DNA from: a virus
Lineage: Duplodnaviria; Heunggongvirae; Uroviricota; Caudoviricetes
Virus record (IMG/VR): IMGVR_UViG_2545824717_000013
Reading direction: 5' to 3' (one strand)
Length of the DNA: 30,162 bases
Of the stretch, positions 18,762 through 27,616 are shown piece after piece; position 1 is the stretch's first letter, and each line of letters begins with the position of its first letter. Made by a program: the position numbers and the translations under genes. Below the pieces are notes generated by a model, which saw only the letters and a program-made list of their open reading frames with translations, was not told the origin of the DNA and made no database searches.

Positions 18762-19000
18762 TAGTGGATCTCCTGCGCTTCGTTCTGGATTGCTTCAGCA
18801 GTCACACGCAGCAGTTCTGCCGCTTCGACGTGGTTTAGCTGGCGGGATGTGATATGACACGCCAGGCTATCAAGGCGAGCTGCCATTGCTTCAGCCCTTG
18901 CCCGGCGTTCTTCCAGACGAGCCTCTGTCAGTAAAATATTAAGCCCTGCATCATCCGGTCCGGTTTTAGTCGTGAGGGTTTCAATATTACGCATAATCAA
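18761..19000 (-). CDS. Hypothetical phage early protein
   Basis: 79-aa ORF translationally coupled to the neighbouring genes in the early operon. Confidence 0.45.
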   Translation of the reverse strand: MIMRNIETLTTKTGPDDAGLNILLTEARLEERRARAEAMAARLDSLACHITSRQLNHVEAAELLRVTAEAIQNEAQEIH

Positions 19001-19061
19001 TTCTCCTGAATTTAGATAAAGGGATGCCCGGCGGGTTTACGCCATTAATTTCATTAGTTGC

Positions 19062-19403
19062 TTAATTCGGCATGGTTAGCCGTCTGGGAAATAAGCTCAC
19101 CACTGCACGAAAATGATTCATTGCTTTAATCAACTCCCGCTTTTCGTCAGTGGTCAGCTCATTAATGCTGATGCTATGACGTTCAGCTGGAATTTTTGCC
19201 ATAAAGAATATGGCAGCCAGTGCTCGTTTATTTTGTTCGTTATTGATATCCCGTGGATCACGCATATCTTTAATAAACCGCTCAAGCTCTGACTCAATAT
19301 TCAGGCCAAATACTTTCGCCCTTAACTCCGCAATGTGATTAAGTCCATTCAGGCGTTCACCGGGGCTTAATGGAACAGTCGCCGCAGCGCCATTAATTGC
19401 CAT
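19062..19403 (-). CDS. Hypothetical phage early protein
   Basis: 113-aa ORF in the early operon. Confidence 0.45.
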   Translation of the reverse strand: MAINGAAATVPLSPGERLNGLNHIAELRAKVFGLNIESELERFIKDMRDPRDINNEQNKRALAAIFFMAKIPAERHSISINELTTDEKRELIKAMNHFRAVVSLFPRRLTMPN

Positions 19404-19425
19404 AATTCATATCCCCAAAACGCAA

Positions 19426-19650
19426 CTATCGTTCTTTGTTCTTACGGTAACATTCAAGAGGAGATACATTTTTTCGTATCGTCTCTTTAACCTGCTCTCC
19501 CCGTAAAAACGTCCCATCCCTTAGCGTGAAAAAGTAACTGCCATCGCCCGACAACGACGGATAACAACAGAGCAAATCATCTTCAGGTACTGAATAACTC
19601 TCCCCTCTGTAACGAAACTGATAAACCACTTCACTTTCCGCTGCATACAT
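19426..19650 (-). CDS. Hypothetical phage early protein
   Basis: 74-aa ORF; overlaps the 3' part of the upstream ORF in another frame. Confidence 0.35.
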   Translation of the reverse strand: MYAAESEVVYQFRYRGESYSVPEDDLLCCYPSLSGDGSYFFTLRDGTFLRGEQVKETIRKNVSPLECYRKNKER

Positions 19651-19847
19651 TTTGACTTTCTCCGTTTCCTCGTGGTCAATTCAGACAGCAATTCATCTTG
19701 TGAATGACATGGATGCCAGCGTTTACCATCCTCACCCATGATCCAGCCGTGACCGTAGTGCATTGCCGGGCTTTGTTTTACCAGCAGCGATGCAAATGAT
19801 GGTTCTTTCGTCAGCATAAGCACCTCACAGCAAACCGAATGAAGCAC
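19521..19847 (-). CDS. Hypothetical early protein (position of 186 fil); 3' end uncertain
   Basis: 108-aa ORF directly after cII; N-terminal half looks protein-like, C-terminal half overlaps the next ORF. Confidence 0.3.
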   Translation of the reverse strand: MLHSVCCEVLMLTKEPSFASLLVKQSPAMHYGHGWIMGEDGKRWHPCHSQDELLSELTTRKRRKSKCMQRKVKWFISFVTEGRVIQYLKMICSVVIRRCRAMAVTFSR

Positions 19848-20334
19848 CGAGGCCAGTCACGGTATCAACTGCACTCACCATCGCAGGATTAGCCTGTAAA
19901 CGGGCCTGCAATGAAACAGCCGCCAGCGCCATCAGTCGTGTTACAGAGTTAATGCTGCTGATAGCATCACGACGACCGGCACTAGTTTTTACATCACCAG
20001 ATACCGCACCTGCAGCAACACGCCCGATCTCTGCGGTTGCACTCATGACGTAATGTGGCAGTTTCTCTTTTGCCACCTCATTAATTGGTACGCATGGCAG
20101 GCAGTGAATCTGTGCCAGAAAGCCATCTACCAGCGTTGAATCTTCAGTCAGATCGGTGAGCAACCAGATTTCTGGCGCTGTGAGCTGATGCGGTTGATCT
20201 GGGTTGAGTTTGTTTCGCAGTGTCTGAACATTCATTCCTGCACGTTCTGCCAGCTTCGCCATGTTGTGACGTAGTGCAAAAGCTCTACAGGCTTCATCAA
20301 AATTCGGATGTTTGGAAATCTTGTAATCAAACAT
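19825..20334 (-). CDS. cII: CII-like lysogeny establishment regulator
   Basis: 169 aa (same length as 186 CII), HTH-like region; second gene of the rightward operon after apl. Confidence 0.7.
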   Translation of the reverse strand: MFDYKISKHPNFDEACRAFALRHNMAKLAERAGMNVQTLRNKLNPDQPHQLTAPEIWLLTDLTEDSTLVDGFLAQIHCLPCVPINEVAKEKLPHYVMSATAEIGRVAAGAVSGDVKTSAGRRDAISSINSVTRLMALAAVSLQARLQANPAMVSAVDTVTGLGASFGLL

Positions 20335-20366
20335 GCTGCCCCCTTAGAAAGTTCCCATAATTGAAC

Positions 20367-20609
20367 TTACTTACCAACAATGACGCGGAAGTTGGAATGA
20401 CCGAGGGATTCACGAACCTGGTCGGTTTTGTACATCAGGTAACGAAGGCTTACGCGACCTTTGTTTTTTTCTTTCTTGACCATGTACTTGGCGAGCTGGC
20501 CATGGTGAATTTTCTGGTAAACAGAGCCACGGGAGATACCTTCCCATTCAGCGAACTCTGCAGGCGTAGCCATCTCTTTTGGTACACGAATTGAAATATC
20601 AGTGCTCAT
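20367..20609 (-). CDS. Apl/Cox-like excisionase and lytic-operon first gene
   Basis: 80-aa HTH protein divergent from cI across a 120-bp switch region. Confidence 0.65.
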   Translation of the reverse strand: MSTDISIRVPKEMATPAEFAEWEGISRGSVYQKIHHGQLAKYMVKKEKNKGRVSLRYLMYKTDQVRESLGHSNFRVIVGK

Positions 20610-20665
20610 AGTGCAGTATCTCTCAGTTAAGGTTTGGTTTATGTCGTTTTATCTTGTTTTATGCA

Positions 20666-20708
20666 ATCCAATATTTGAACAATCGAGATACTACGATCCA
20701 ATATTTGA
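20666..20708. promoter_or_regulatory. Switch-region operator repeats: two copies of ATCCAATATTTGA 30 bp apart
   Basis: Direct 13-bp repeats at about 20666..20678 and 20696..20708 in the cI/apl intergenic region, each with an AT-rich near-palindromic core. Confidence 0.4.
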
Positions 20709-20728
20709 TACGTCAATAGGATTAAAAA

Positions 20729-21361
20729 ATGATACAGGTGAAGGCTGGCGAGAATACAGGGGGTAGAGAGGCTATCCATAGGTTGATGGCTGCCTATGAT
20801 TTCAAGTCCCGACAGCAGCTATGCGATCACTTAGGCGCATCTAAAAGCACTATGGCAAACAGATACTTAAGGGATAGCTTCCCTGCAGAATGGGTGATCC
20901 AATGCGCTCTTGAAACAGGCGTTTCATTACTCTGGCTAACTACAGGACAAGGCGAACCAGGAACAAAAATTGATGATAGAAAAAGTATCAATTTCGTGAA
21001 CTCCAGCAAAGTAAAACCACTTTCTGAGCTTGTATCGCCAGAGATCGATAAGGCTAGCCTTATCGGAGGTTCGTTGATTGAAGCCGGGAAGGCCATCATT
21101 GATAGCAGCCTGCTTCCCCCTGACTCAAGCGAGCTACTTCTCGTAAATACCAATGGCGATTCATATTTAATTGACCGTAACCAGACACTACCAGTGAATG
21201 GGATGTGGTTGGTCGATATCGACGGGATAAAAAGCATTGTTAAGCTAACTCGCCTTCCCGGAAACAGATTAGTTGTACATCAAGATGATTCTTCGTTTGA
21301 GTGCAGCCTGGATGATATCGAGGTTGTTGGCCGCGCATTGAAAATCATTAAGAGCCTTTGA
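20729..21361 (+). CDS. cI: CI-type immunity repressor (186-like)
   Basis: 210 aa, N-terminal HTH (...QLCDHLGASKSTMANRYLRD...ALETGVSLLWLTTGQGEP) and C-terminal domain; immediately upstream of int. Confidence 0.8.
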   Translation: MIQVKAGENTGGREAIHRLMAAYDFKSRQQLCDHLGASKSTMANRYLRDSFPAEWVIQCALETGVSLLWLTTGQGEPGTKIDDRKSINFVNSSKVKPLSELVSPEIDKASLIGGSLIEAGKAIIDSSLLPPDSSELLLVNTNGDSYLIDRNQTLPVNGMWLVDIDGIKSIVKLTRLPGNRLVVHQDDSSFECSLDDIEVVGRALKIIKSL

Positions 21362-21362
21362 T

Positions 21363-22376
21363 ATGACCATCAGAAAACAGCCGAACGGAAAATGGTTGTG
21401 CGAGTGTTACCCGAACGGGCGTGACGGCAAGCGCGTGCGCAAGCAATTTGCGACAAAGGGCGAGGCTGTAGCATTCGAAAACTTCACCATGGATCAAGTG
21501 AACAAAAAGCCGTGGCTGGGTGAAAAGGAAGATCGGCGGCGTTTGTCAGAATTGATTGAGCAGTGGCACTCCCTTTACGGCCAGACGCTCGCAGACCCCA
21601 AGCGCCTGATGGCGAAACTGAATATTATCTGCAATGGCCTAGGCGATCCCGTCGCCTCTGAATTAACCGCCGGTGACTTTACGAAATATCGTGAAGCACG
21701 GTTGAAAGGAGAGGTACGTAACGAAGAAGGCGCGCTAATGTCGCCAGTAAAACCACGCACGGTAAACCTTGAACAGCGTAACTTATCATCCGTTTTTGGC
21801 ACCCTTAAGAAGTTGGGCCACTGGTCAGCGCCTAACCCACTCGCCGGGCTACCGACATTCAAAATCGCAGAGGGTGAATTGGCATTCTTAGCCTTGGACG
21901 AAATTAAACGCCTGCTTGATGCCTGCGCTGATTCTCAAAGCCCTAGCCTATTGATGATCGCAAAGGTATGCCTAGCTACCGGCGCGCGGTGGAGTGAAGC
22001 CGAAAACCTTCAAGGCCATCAGTTATCAAAATATCGGATCACCTATACCAAAACCAAAGGCAAGAAAAACCGAACTGTACCGATATCTCAGGAGCTATAC
22101 GACGAACTACCCAAAAACAGGGGGAAGCTGTTCACGCCATGCAGAAAAGCTTTTGAACGAGCAGTGAAGCGGGCCAATATAGACTTACCAGCGGGACAAT
22201 GCACTCATGTGCTACGCCATACTTTCGCCAGTCATTTTATGATGAACGGCGGAAACATACTTGTTTTGAGAGATATTTTGGGTCATTCTGATATCAAGAT
22301 GACCATGGTATATTCACACTTTTCACCAGATCATCTTGAAGACGCAGTTTATAAAAACCCACTCAACTTTTTATAA
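21363..22376 (+). CDS. int: P2-family tyrosine integrase
   Basis: 337 aa with C-terminal catalytic motifs (ATGARWSEA...HVLRHTFASHFMMNGG...LGHSDIKMTMVYSHF). Confidence 0.9.
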   Translation: MTIRKQPNGKWLCECYPNGRDGKRVRKQFATKGEAVAFENFTMDQVNKKPWLGEKEDRRRLSELIEQWHSLYGQTLADPKRLMAKLNIICNGLGDPVASELTAGDFTKYREARLKGEVRNEEGALMSPVKPRTVNLEQRNLSSVFGTLKKLGHWSAPNPLAGLPTFKIAEGELAFLALDEIKRLLDACADSQSPSLLMIAKVCLATGARWSEAENLQGHQLSKYRITYTKTKGKKNRTVPISQELYDELPKNRGKLFTPCRKAFERAVKRANIDLPAGQCTHVLRHTFASHFMMNGGNILVLRDILGHSDIKMTMVYSHFSPDHLEDAVYKNPLNFL

Positions 22377-22385
22377 TGTACAGAC

Positions 22386-24128
22386 TTACATTGATAAATA
22401 ATCCAACTCATCTTTCATAGGAATAATTTGTTCATATAATCGATGATATGATTTACCAATTGCCCCTCTAAATTGAATTAATTTAGGTGGATTATTACCT
22501 ATATTAATAATATGATCTTGTGCAATACCCGGATAAGGATCAATGAAAATTATTTCAGCGACCTCTAATTGATATGCTTTTTTTGCACAAAGTTCACAAG
22601 GACTTGCTGTAGTATACAACTTACCACCTTGGACACCAACGCCACCATATTTAGATAATTGTAAAAAGGCATTTTCTTCAGCATGTAAAGCTCTGGTATG
22701 GACCTGATTCCCTTTTTTATTATCATCAAGACTATTATGAATATCCTTGAAGCAATATGACAAATTACGTCCTTTAAAAATTTCAGAGCTTGATTCAATC
22801 GCTCTAAACTTTATTAAATTACTTTTAGCTTTCTTTCTAAAAAGAGCATCATTTCGCTCATATGAGCTATATACTTTCGAATCAAAATCATTGATCAACC
22901 CATCGAGTGATCTCATTGAACATGGTATCTGCCCTTTAGCTACATCATTCCAACCAACTGATTTAATTGAATTATCATTATCTGTAACAACGGCACCGAC
23001 CTGCCTCGATATACATCCAGAGTTTAATTTAACAGTATATGCGACCTGCATAACTCGCTCCATCGCTGTAGGAGTGATCAATCCAGGATGCTTCATTAGA
23101 GCGATATACCATGCAAGTTGTGCTTTAAGTATGTTATTGTTATCAAACTCATTTTTAGGATTATAAAGATGTATATCTGAAATTTCTATGCATTTCGTTA
23201 CATTAGGGTTCGTTAAATGTTTATATTGATTGTCTTTATCTCCTTTTCCTGATTCAATATCATCAATGTGTTTAATGCGCTCAGATGAAAACTTGTGTAG
23301 CTTCTGTAAATATTTTTTCCTATGCTCATCAGGAGCATTAATTGATACCAAATGGAATGCAGCATATCTATCTTTAAAGAATTTAGCTTCATATGGATTA
23401 CGTATAGCATCAATAACTACTAATGCCTTACCACCTTGGCTTTTTCTAATTAGCTTAATGACCCTATTAATAGTTTCAGGCAAATGAAATACCGATTTTG
23501 GATCAAATTCTTCTGTTTCATAGTTTGTTTTTACTTCACCAAGCCGTCTAACAGATTTTCCAGCGGCCTGATAAGTTGATACATAAAGACCTGTATTTAT
23601 CTCATTAAGTTCTTTTTTGAAGTTATTAGTGAAAAACCTAACCAAATGCAATGTTTTTCTTATGTTAGATACATCTAGATTATCGAGATCTAATTCTTGA
23701 CTATGATCAATAAGTGCTTTTAATATATCCGTCCTTATTTTTCTAAGTTGTGTTTTTGAAAATGCTCCTTCATTAAGTATCTTGTTTAATTTATCTTCAT
23801 CAATGCTATCTTTAGTTGACGACGTGATGAAGTGTGAAAGTTCAGTATGTGACATTGCTAACAAATAAACTGATAGCAAGTCACTAACCTTGATTGAGTA
23901 AAATGCCTCCCAATGATTCTCAGTGAAATCCTTAACTATCTTATAACGCTGTAAATCTAAACCATTATAAAAATCAGTTAATTTATCCACATCGGGAAAT
24001 ACTGTCTCATTACTTTCTAAAATAGTTGCTGCTGTAGTACAACCAGAACCAGTTCTTCCAGTTAAGCCAACTAGAATAAACTGCCCATTTTCTAAAAAAA
24101 GTTCACTTACGAATTTCTGTGTTTTCAT
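22386..24128 (-). CDS. Kinase-like plus cytidine/dCMP-deaminase fusion protein (antiviral dCTP deaminase DCD/AvcD-like)
   Basis: AT-rich ORF; C-terminal HAEENAF...SPCELC zinc-binding deaminase signature; N-terminal GLTGRTGSG P-loop-like motif; start placed at Met preceded by GGGG RBS (ORF track extends to 24284). Confidence 0.75.
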   Translation of the reverse strand: MKTQKFVSELFLENGQFILVGLTGRTGSGCTTAATILESNETVFPDVDKLTDFYNGLDLQRYKIVKDFTENHWEAFYSIKVSDLLSVYLLAMSHTELSHFITSSTKDSIDEDKLNKILNEGAFSKTQLRKIRTDILKALIDHSQELDLDNLDVSNIRKTLHLVRFFTNNFKKELNEINTGLYVSTYQAAGKSVRRLGEVKTNYETEEFDPKSVFHLPETINRVIKLIRKSQGGKALVVIDAIRNPYEAKFFKDRYAAFHLVSINAPDEHRKKYLQKLHKFSSERIKHIDDIESGKGDKDNQYKHLTNPNVTKCIEISDIHLYNPKNEFDNNNILKAQLAWYIALMKHPGLITPTAMERVMQVAYTVKLNSGCISRQVGAVVTDNDNSIKSVGWNDVAKGQIPCSMRSLDGLINDFDSKVYSSYERNDALFRKKAKSNLIKFRAIESSSEIFKGRNLSYCFKDIHNSLDDNKKGNQVHTRALHAEENAFLQLSKYGGVGVQGGKLYTTASPCELCAKKAYQLEVAEIIFIDPYPGIAQDHIINIGNNPPKLIQFRGAIGKSYHRLYEQIIPMKDELDYLSM

Positions 24129-24221
24129 ATATCCCCACATCGAAAAGTATTGATATTTTTTTATTTTTTCATCACTTCCAGTATAAATTATCGTAGGTAG
24201 ATATTCTATTGCATTAGTATA

Positions 24222-24244
24222 AGTGGCGGCAAAATGGCGACAGA
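24222..24244 (+). repeat. 23-bp direct repeat AGTGGCGGCAAAATGGCGACAGA (copy 2), candidate integrase arm-type site
   Basis: Identical to 1107..1129. Confidence 0.4.
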
Positions 24245-24336
24245 AGAGTAAAAATGCATAACACTTGCTAATACGCCAAAACACTAAATCAATGATAATA
24301 TTGATAAATTATTGCATCTCAACCATTAATAATAGT

Positions 24337-24385
24337 ATGTAGGAATTTCGGACGCGGGTTCAACTCCCGCCAGCTCCACCAAATA
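24337..24385. repeat. attR of prophage remnant / attL of the downstream island: 49-bp ssrA 3'-end duplicate
   Basis: Identical to 1016..1064. Confidence 0.8.
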
Positions 24386-24416
24386 TTGATGTACTGAAGT
24401 TCAGTAAAGTCTACTA

Positions 24417-24450
24417 AGCCCGCACAGCACAAGCTCTGCGGGCTTTTTTA
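24417..24450 (+). terminator. Rho-independent terminator after the duplicated ssrA 3' end
   Basis: AGCCCGCA...TGCGGGCT stem followed by TTTTTT. Confidence 0.5.
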
Positions 24451-24547
24451 CGTCTATTGTAGTCTAGTGAGAATTGCTGAGAACTACGAGTTATGGCACC
24501 CTGAATGGGACCCACGAAGATGGGTCCTAAAATCGAGGGTCCCAAAC

Positions 24548-25777
24548 ATGGCCAAAATCGCTAAGAAGCTCACTGACACTGAAATCAAAAGCACCAAACC
24601 TGCCGAAAAAGAGGTTAACCTTTTTGACGGCGATGGTTTGCTGTTGCGAATCGCTCCCCTGGCGAAGGGAGGGAAGAAAAATTGGTATTTCAGATATGCA
24701 GTGCCTGTGACCAAAAAGCGAACTAAGGTGAGCTTAGGAACCTATCCTCACCTTACACTTGCGAAGGCACGAGCTTTACGTGATCAATACTTGTCGTTGC
24801 TTACAAATGGTATAGACCCCCAAGTTCATAACAACCAAAAAGCCAATGCACTGAAAGATGCCACGGAACATACATTTCAAGCAGTAGCCAAGAAGTGGCT
24901 TGATGAGAAAGTCAAAACGTCAGGCATCTCCCAAGATCATGCTAACGACATCTGGCGAAGCCTAGAGAGAAATATCTTTTCCACATTGGGTGATACCCCA
25001 ATTAAGGAGATTCGCCCTAAAATGCTTAAACAGCATTTAGAACCCATAGAAAAACGAGGTGTCCTTGAAACACTTCGCCGCATCATATCCCGCCTGAATG
25101 AAATTTTCCGCTATGCAGCAACAGAAGAACTCATAGAATTCAACCCGGCAGACAACCTGGGGCAACGGTTCAGCAAGCCAAAAAAACAGAATATGCCAGC
25201 ATTACCCCCTTCCGAACTCCCTCGCTTCTTGGTTGCTCTAAACAATGCTTCTATCCGTTTGGAAACAAGGCTACTGATTGAGTGGCAACTTCTCACATGG
25301 GTTCGCCCAGGTGAAGCTGTTCGCACAAGATGGTCAGATATTGATATTGAAACTGGCATGTGGAACATCCCGGCGGAGTTTATGAAAATGAAGAAGCCTC
25401 ACAAAGTTCCACTGAGCAAAGAAGCTTTGCGAGTTTTGGATTTAATGAAAGTCATCAGCGGGCATAGAGAGTGGGTGTTCCCCAGTATCAAAGCTCCACT
25501 CAATCACATGCATGAACAAACAGCTAATGCGGCCATAATCCGTATGGGTTTCGGAGGTGAGCTTGTAGCTCACGGTATGCGATCCATTGCTAGAACGGCT
25601 GCTGAGGAGTCTGGCAAGTTTAGGACTGATGTCTTAGAAGCCGCCCTTGCCCACTCGAAGAAAGATGAAATAATTGCAGCCTACAATCGTGCAGAGTATC
25701 TCACTGAACGGGTGGTTCTCATGCAATGGTGGAGTGACTATGTTTCGTCTCAAAAATGCAAAGTTATTGCCGCATAA
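24548..25777 (+). CDS. intA: P4/CP4-57-type tyrosine integrase
   Basis: N-terminal LTDTEIKSTKP...DGDGLLLRI...WYFRY typical of P4-family integrases; start placed at MAKIAKK with GAGGG RBS (ORF track starts at 24467). Confidence 0.88.
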   Translation: MAKIAKKLTDTEIKSTKPAEKEVNLFDGDGLLLRIAPLAKGGKKNWYFRYAVPVTKKRTKVSLGTYPHLTLAKARALRDQYLSLLTNGIDPQVHNNQKANALKDATEHTFQAVAKKWLDEKVKTSGISQDHANDIWRSLERNIFSTLGDTPIKEIRPKMLKQHLEPIEKRGVLETLRRIISRLNEIFRYAATEELIEFNPADNLGQRFSKPKKQNMPALPPSELPRFLVALNNASIRLETRLLIEWQLLTWVRPGEAVRTRWSDIDIETGMWNIPAEFMKMKKPHKVPLSKEALRVLDLMKVISGHREWVFPSIKAPLNHMHEQTANAAIIRMGFGGELVAHGMRSIARTAAEESGKFRTDVLEAALAHSKKDEIIAAYNRAEYLTERVVLMQWWSDYVSSQKCKVIAA

Positions 25778-25839
25778 CTCTCCCATGATGGATTAACTAT
25801 CTTGATTTAGTTAAAGAATTAATAATCACACCATTAACC

Positions 25840-25889
25840 TATGTGGACTAAGCATAGCCATTTACAAATGGGGACATTGAGTCCACATA
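25840..25889. repeat. 10-bp inverted repeat TATGTGGACT / AGTCCACATA with 30-bp spacer upstream of the serine recombinase gene
   Basis: Perfect 10-bp arms in an AT-rich intergenic region. Confidence 0.3.
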
Positions 25890-26059
25890 ACGAAAGCTGT
25901 CGGTCATATCAGCTAAATAATTCACATCTCTTCTCGATTATCATACACCTCGAAGATCTACCAAATTCGCTCTAATCAATGATAAAACAGTTGAATTCGG
26001 TTGAAATTTGATCAATTTTATCCACTACATTGTATTGAATCATCCATGAGGTTTCGTGC

Positions 26060-27616
26060 ATGGCTAGCGAAAATGACAAAAATCATAGAGTTAGGGTCGC
26101 GCAGTACTTGAGGATGTCTACCGACCATCAGCAATATTCTTTACATAATCAGTCCGAATATATCAAAGATTATGCTGAAAAGAACAATATGGAAATCGCT
26201 TATACCTACGATGATGCAGGTAAGAGCGGAGTCAGTATCGTAGGCAGGCATTCTTTGCAGCAGTTACTTAGCGATGTAGAACAAAAGAAAATAGATATAC
26301 AGGCTGTATTATTTTATGATGTGAGCCGTTTTGGTCGTTTTCAAAATAGTGATGAAGCGGCATATTATTCCTTTCTATTTGAGAGAAATGGTGTAGATCT
26401 TATATATTGTTCCGAACCTATACCCACTAAAGATTTCCCTTTAGAGTCCTCTGTTATACTGAATATAAAAAGATCTAGTGCTGCATATCACAGCAGGAAT
26501 CTATCTGATAAGGTATTTATAGGGCAAGTAAATTTAATAAAGCTTGGTTATCATCAAGGCGGTATGGCTGGTTATGGGCTGAGACGTCTTTTAGTAGACG
26601 AAAATGGCATAGCTAAAGAAATATTGAGTTTCCGCAAAAGAAAGAGTATTCAAACAGATAGGGTAATATTAATTCCGGGACCAAAAAATGAAATAAAAAT
26701 TGTAAATAGAATATATGATCTCTTTATAGATAATAACGTCCCAGAATTCATTATTGCTGAGAGATTAAATGAACAGAACATACCTGCAGAAAATGGAACA
26801 TTATGGACTCGTGCAAAAATACATCAAATTTTGACAAATGAAAAATATATTGGAAACAACATATATAACAAAACCTCATCTAAATTAAAAAGTAGGCTTG
26901 TAAAAAACCCCAAACATGAATGGGTTAGATGTGACAAGGCATATAAACCTATTATTTCAAAGAAAAAATACAATAAAGCTCAAGAAATAATTCAGCTCCG
27001 ATCCATTCATTTGACTAATGAAGATCTATTAGAAAAACTAAAACAAAAATTAGAATCTAATGGAAAACTATCAGGCTTTATCATTGATGAAGATGATACA
27101 GGCCCTTCATCTTCTGTTTATAGAACCCGATTTGGTGGTCTTTTAAGAGCATATACTTTGATTGGTTATAAGCCAGAACATGATTACAGCTATCTCAAAA
27201 TAAATGAAGCACTAAGATCATTTTACTCAGAGATAATTGAGGATTTTAAGGGTGAAATTTTAAAAAGTAACTGTCATATAGACGAGTATAAATATGCCCC
27301 AATGCTTTACATCAATGATGAGTTTTTAATTTCCGTCCTTGTTACTAAATGCATACATATGAAATCAGGTAAACTTAGATGGAAAGTCCGGTTTGATAAC
27401 TCACAGAAAGCAGACATAACAATTGTTATACGAATGAATTCACAAAATATTTCACCTCTTGATTTTTATATCATACCAAAGATTGAAAACGAATATAATA
27501 AAATGTGCATGACGGAAACAAACAACATTCGATTAGATCTCTATAGATTTGATAATCTTGATAAACTTCTACAAATTATTACTCGCATGAAAGTGAGGGA
27601 ACTATATGCTGCCTGA
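26060..27616 (+). CDS. Large serine recombinase
   Basis: 518 aa; N-terminal resolvase-type catalytic domain (VAQYLRMSTDHQ...YTYDDAGKSG...VSRFGR) followed by a long recombinase/zinc-ribbon-type extension; AT-rich. Confidence 0.8.
   Translation: MASENDKNHRVRVAQYLRMSTDHQQYSLHNQSEYIKDYAEKNNMEIAYTYDDAGKSGVSIVGRHSLQQLLSDVEQKKIDIQAVLFYDVSRFGRFQNSDEAAYYSFLFERNGVDLIYCSEPIPTKDFPLESSVILNIKRSSAAYHSRNLSDKVFIGQVNLIKLGYHQGGMAGYGLRRLLVDENGIAKEILSFRKRKSIQTDRVILIPGPKNEIKIVNRIYDLFIDNNVPEFIIAERLNEQNIPAENGTLWTRAKIHQILTNEKYIGNNIYNKTSSKLKSRLVKNPKHEWVRCDKAYKPIISKKKYNKAQEIIQLRSIHLTNEDLLEKLKQKLESNGKLSGFIIDEDDTGPSSSVYRTRFGGLLRAYTLIGYKPEHDYSYLKINEALRSFYSEIIEDFKGEILKSNCHIDEYKYAPMLYINDEFLISVLVTKCIHMKSGKLRWKVRFDNSQKADITIVIRMNSQNISPLDFYIIPKIENEYNKMCMTETNNIRLDLYRFDNLDKLLQIITRMKVRELYAA

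Larger units (their letters stand above)
1065..24336. mobile_element. P2/186-family prophage remnant integrated at ssrA (defective: head, lysis, baseplate genes absent)
   Basis: Bounded by the ssrA 3'-end direct repeats; contains P2-type int, cI/apl/cII switch, A, Q, P, tail genes FI-FII-E-T-U-D and ogr in P2 prophage order. Confidence 0.8.

Noticed and set aside
22565-23487. Short ORFs on both strands within the deaminase gene
   Set aside because: AT-rich antisense or alternate-frame ORFs inside a gene with clear conserved motifs.
24129-24284. N-terminal 52-codon extension of the deaminase ORF in the ORF track
   Set aside because: Extension overlaps the 23-bp repeat and lacks an RBS; an internal Met preceded by GGGG about 20 residues before the P-loop is the more plausible start.
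24467-24547. N-terminal 27-codon extension of the P4-type integrase ORF
   Set aside because: P4-family integrases begin with the M-x-LTD-x-I motif; the extension overlaps a dyad element and has no RBS, whereas MAKIAKKLTD has a GAGGG RBS.
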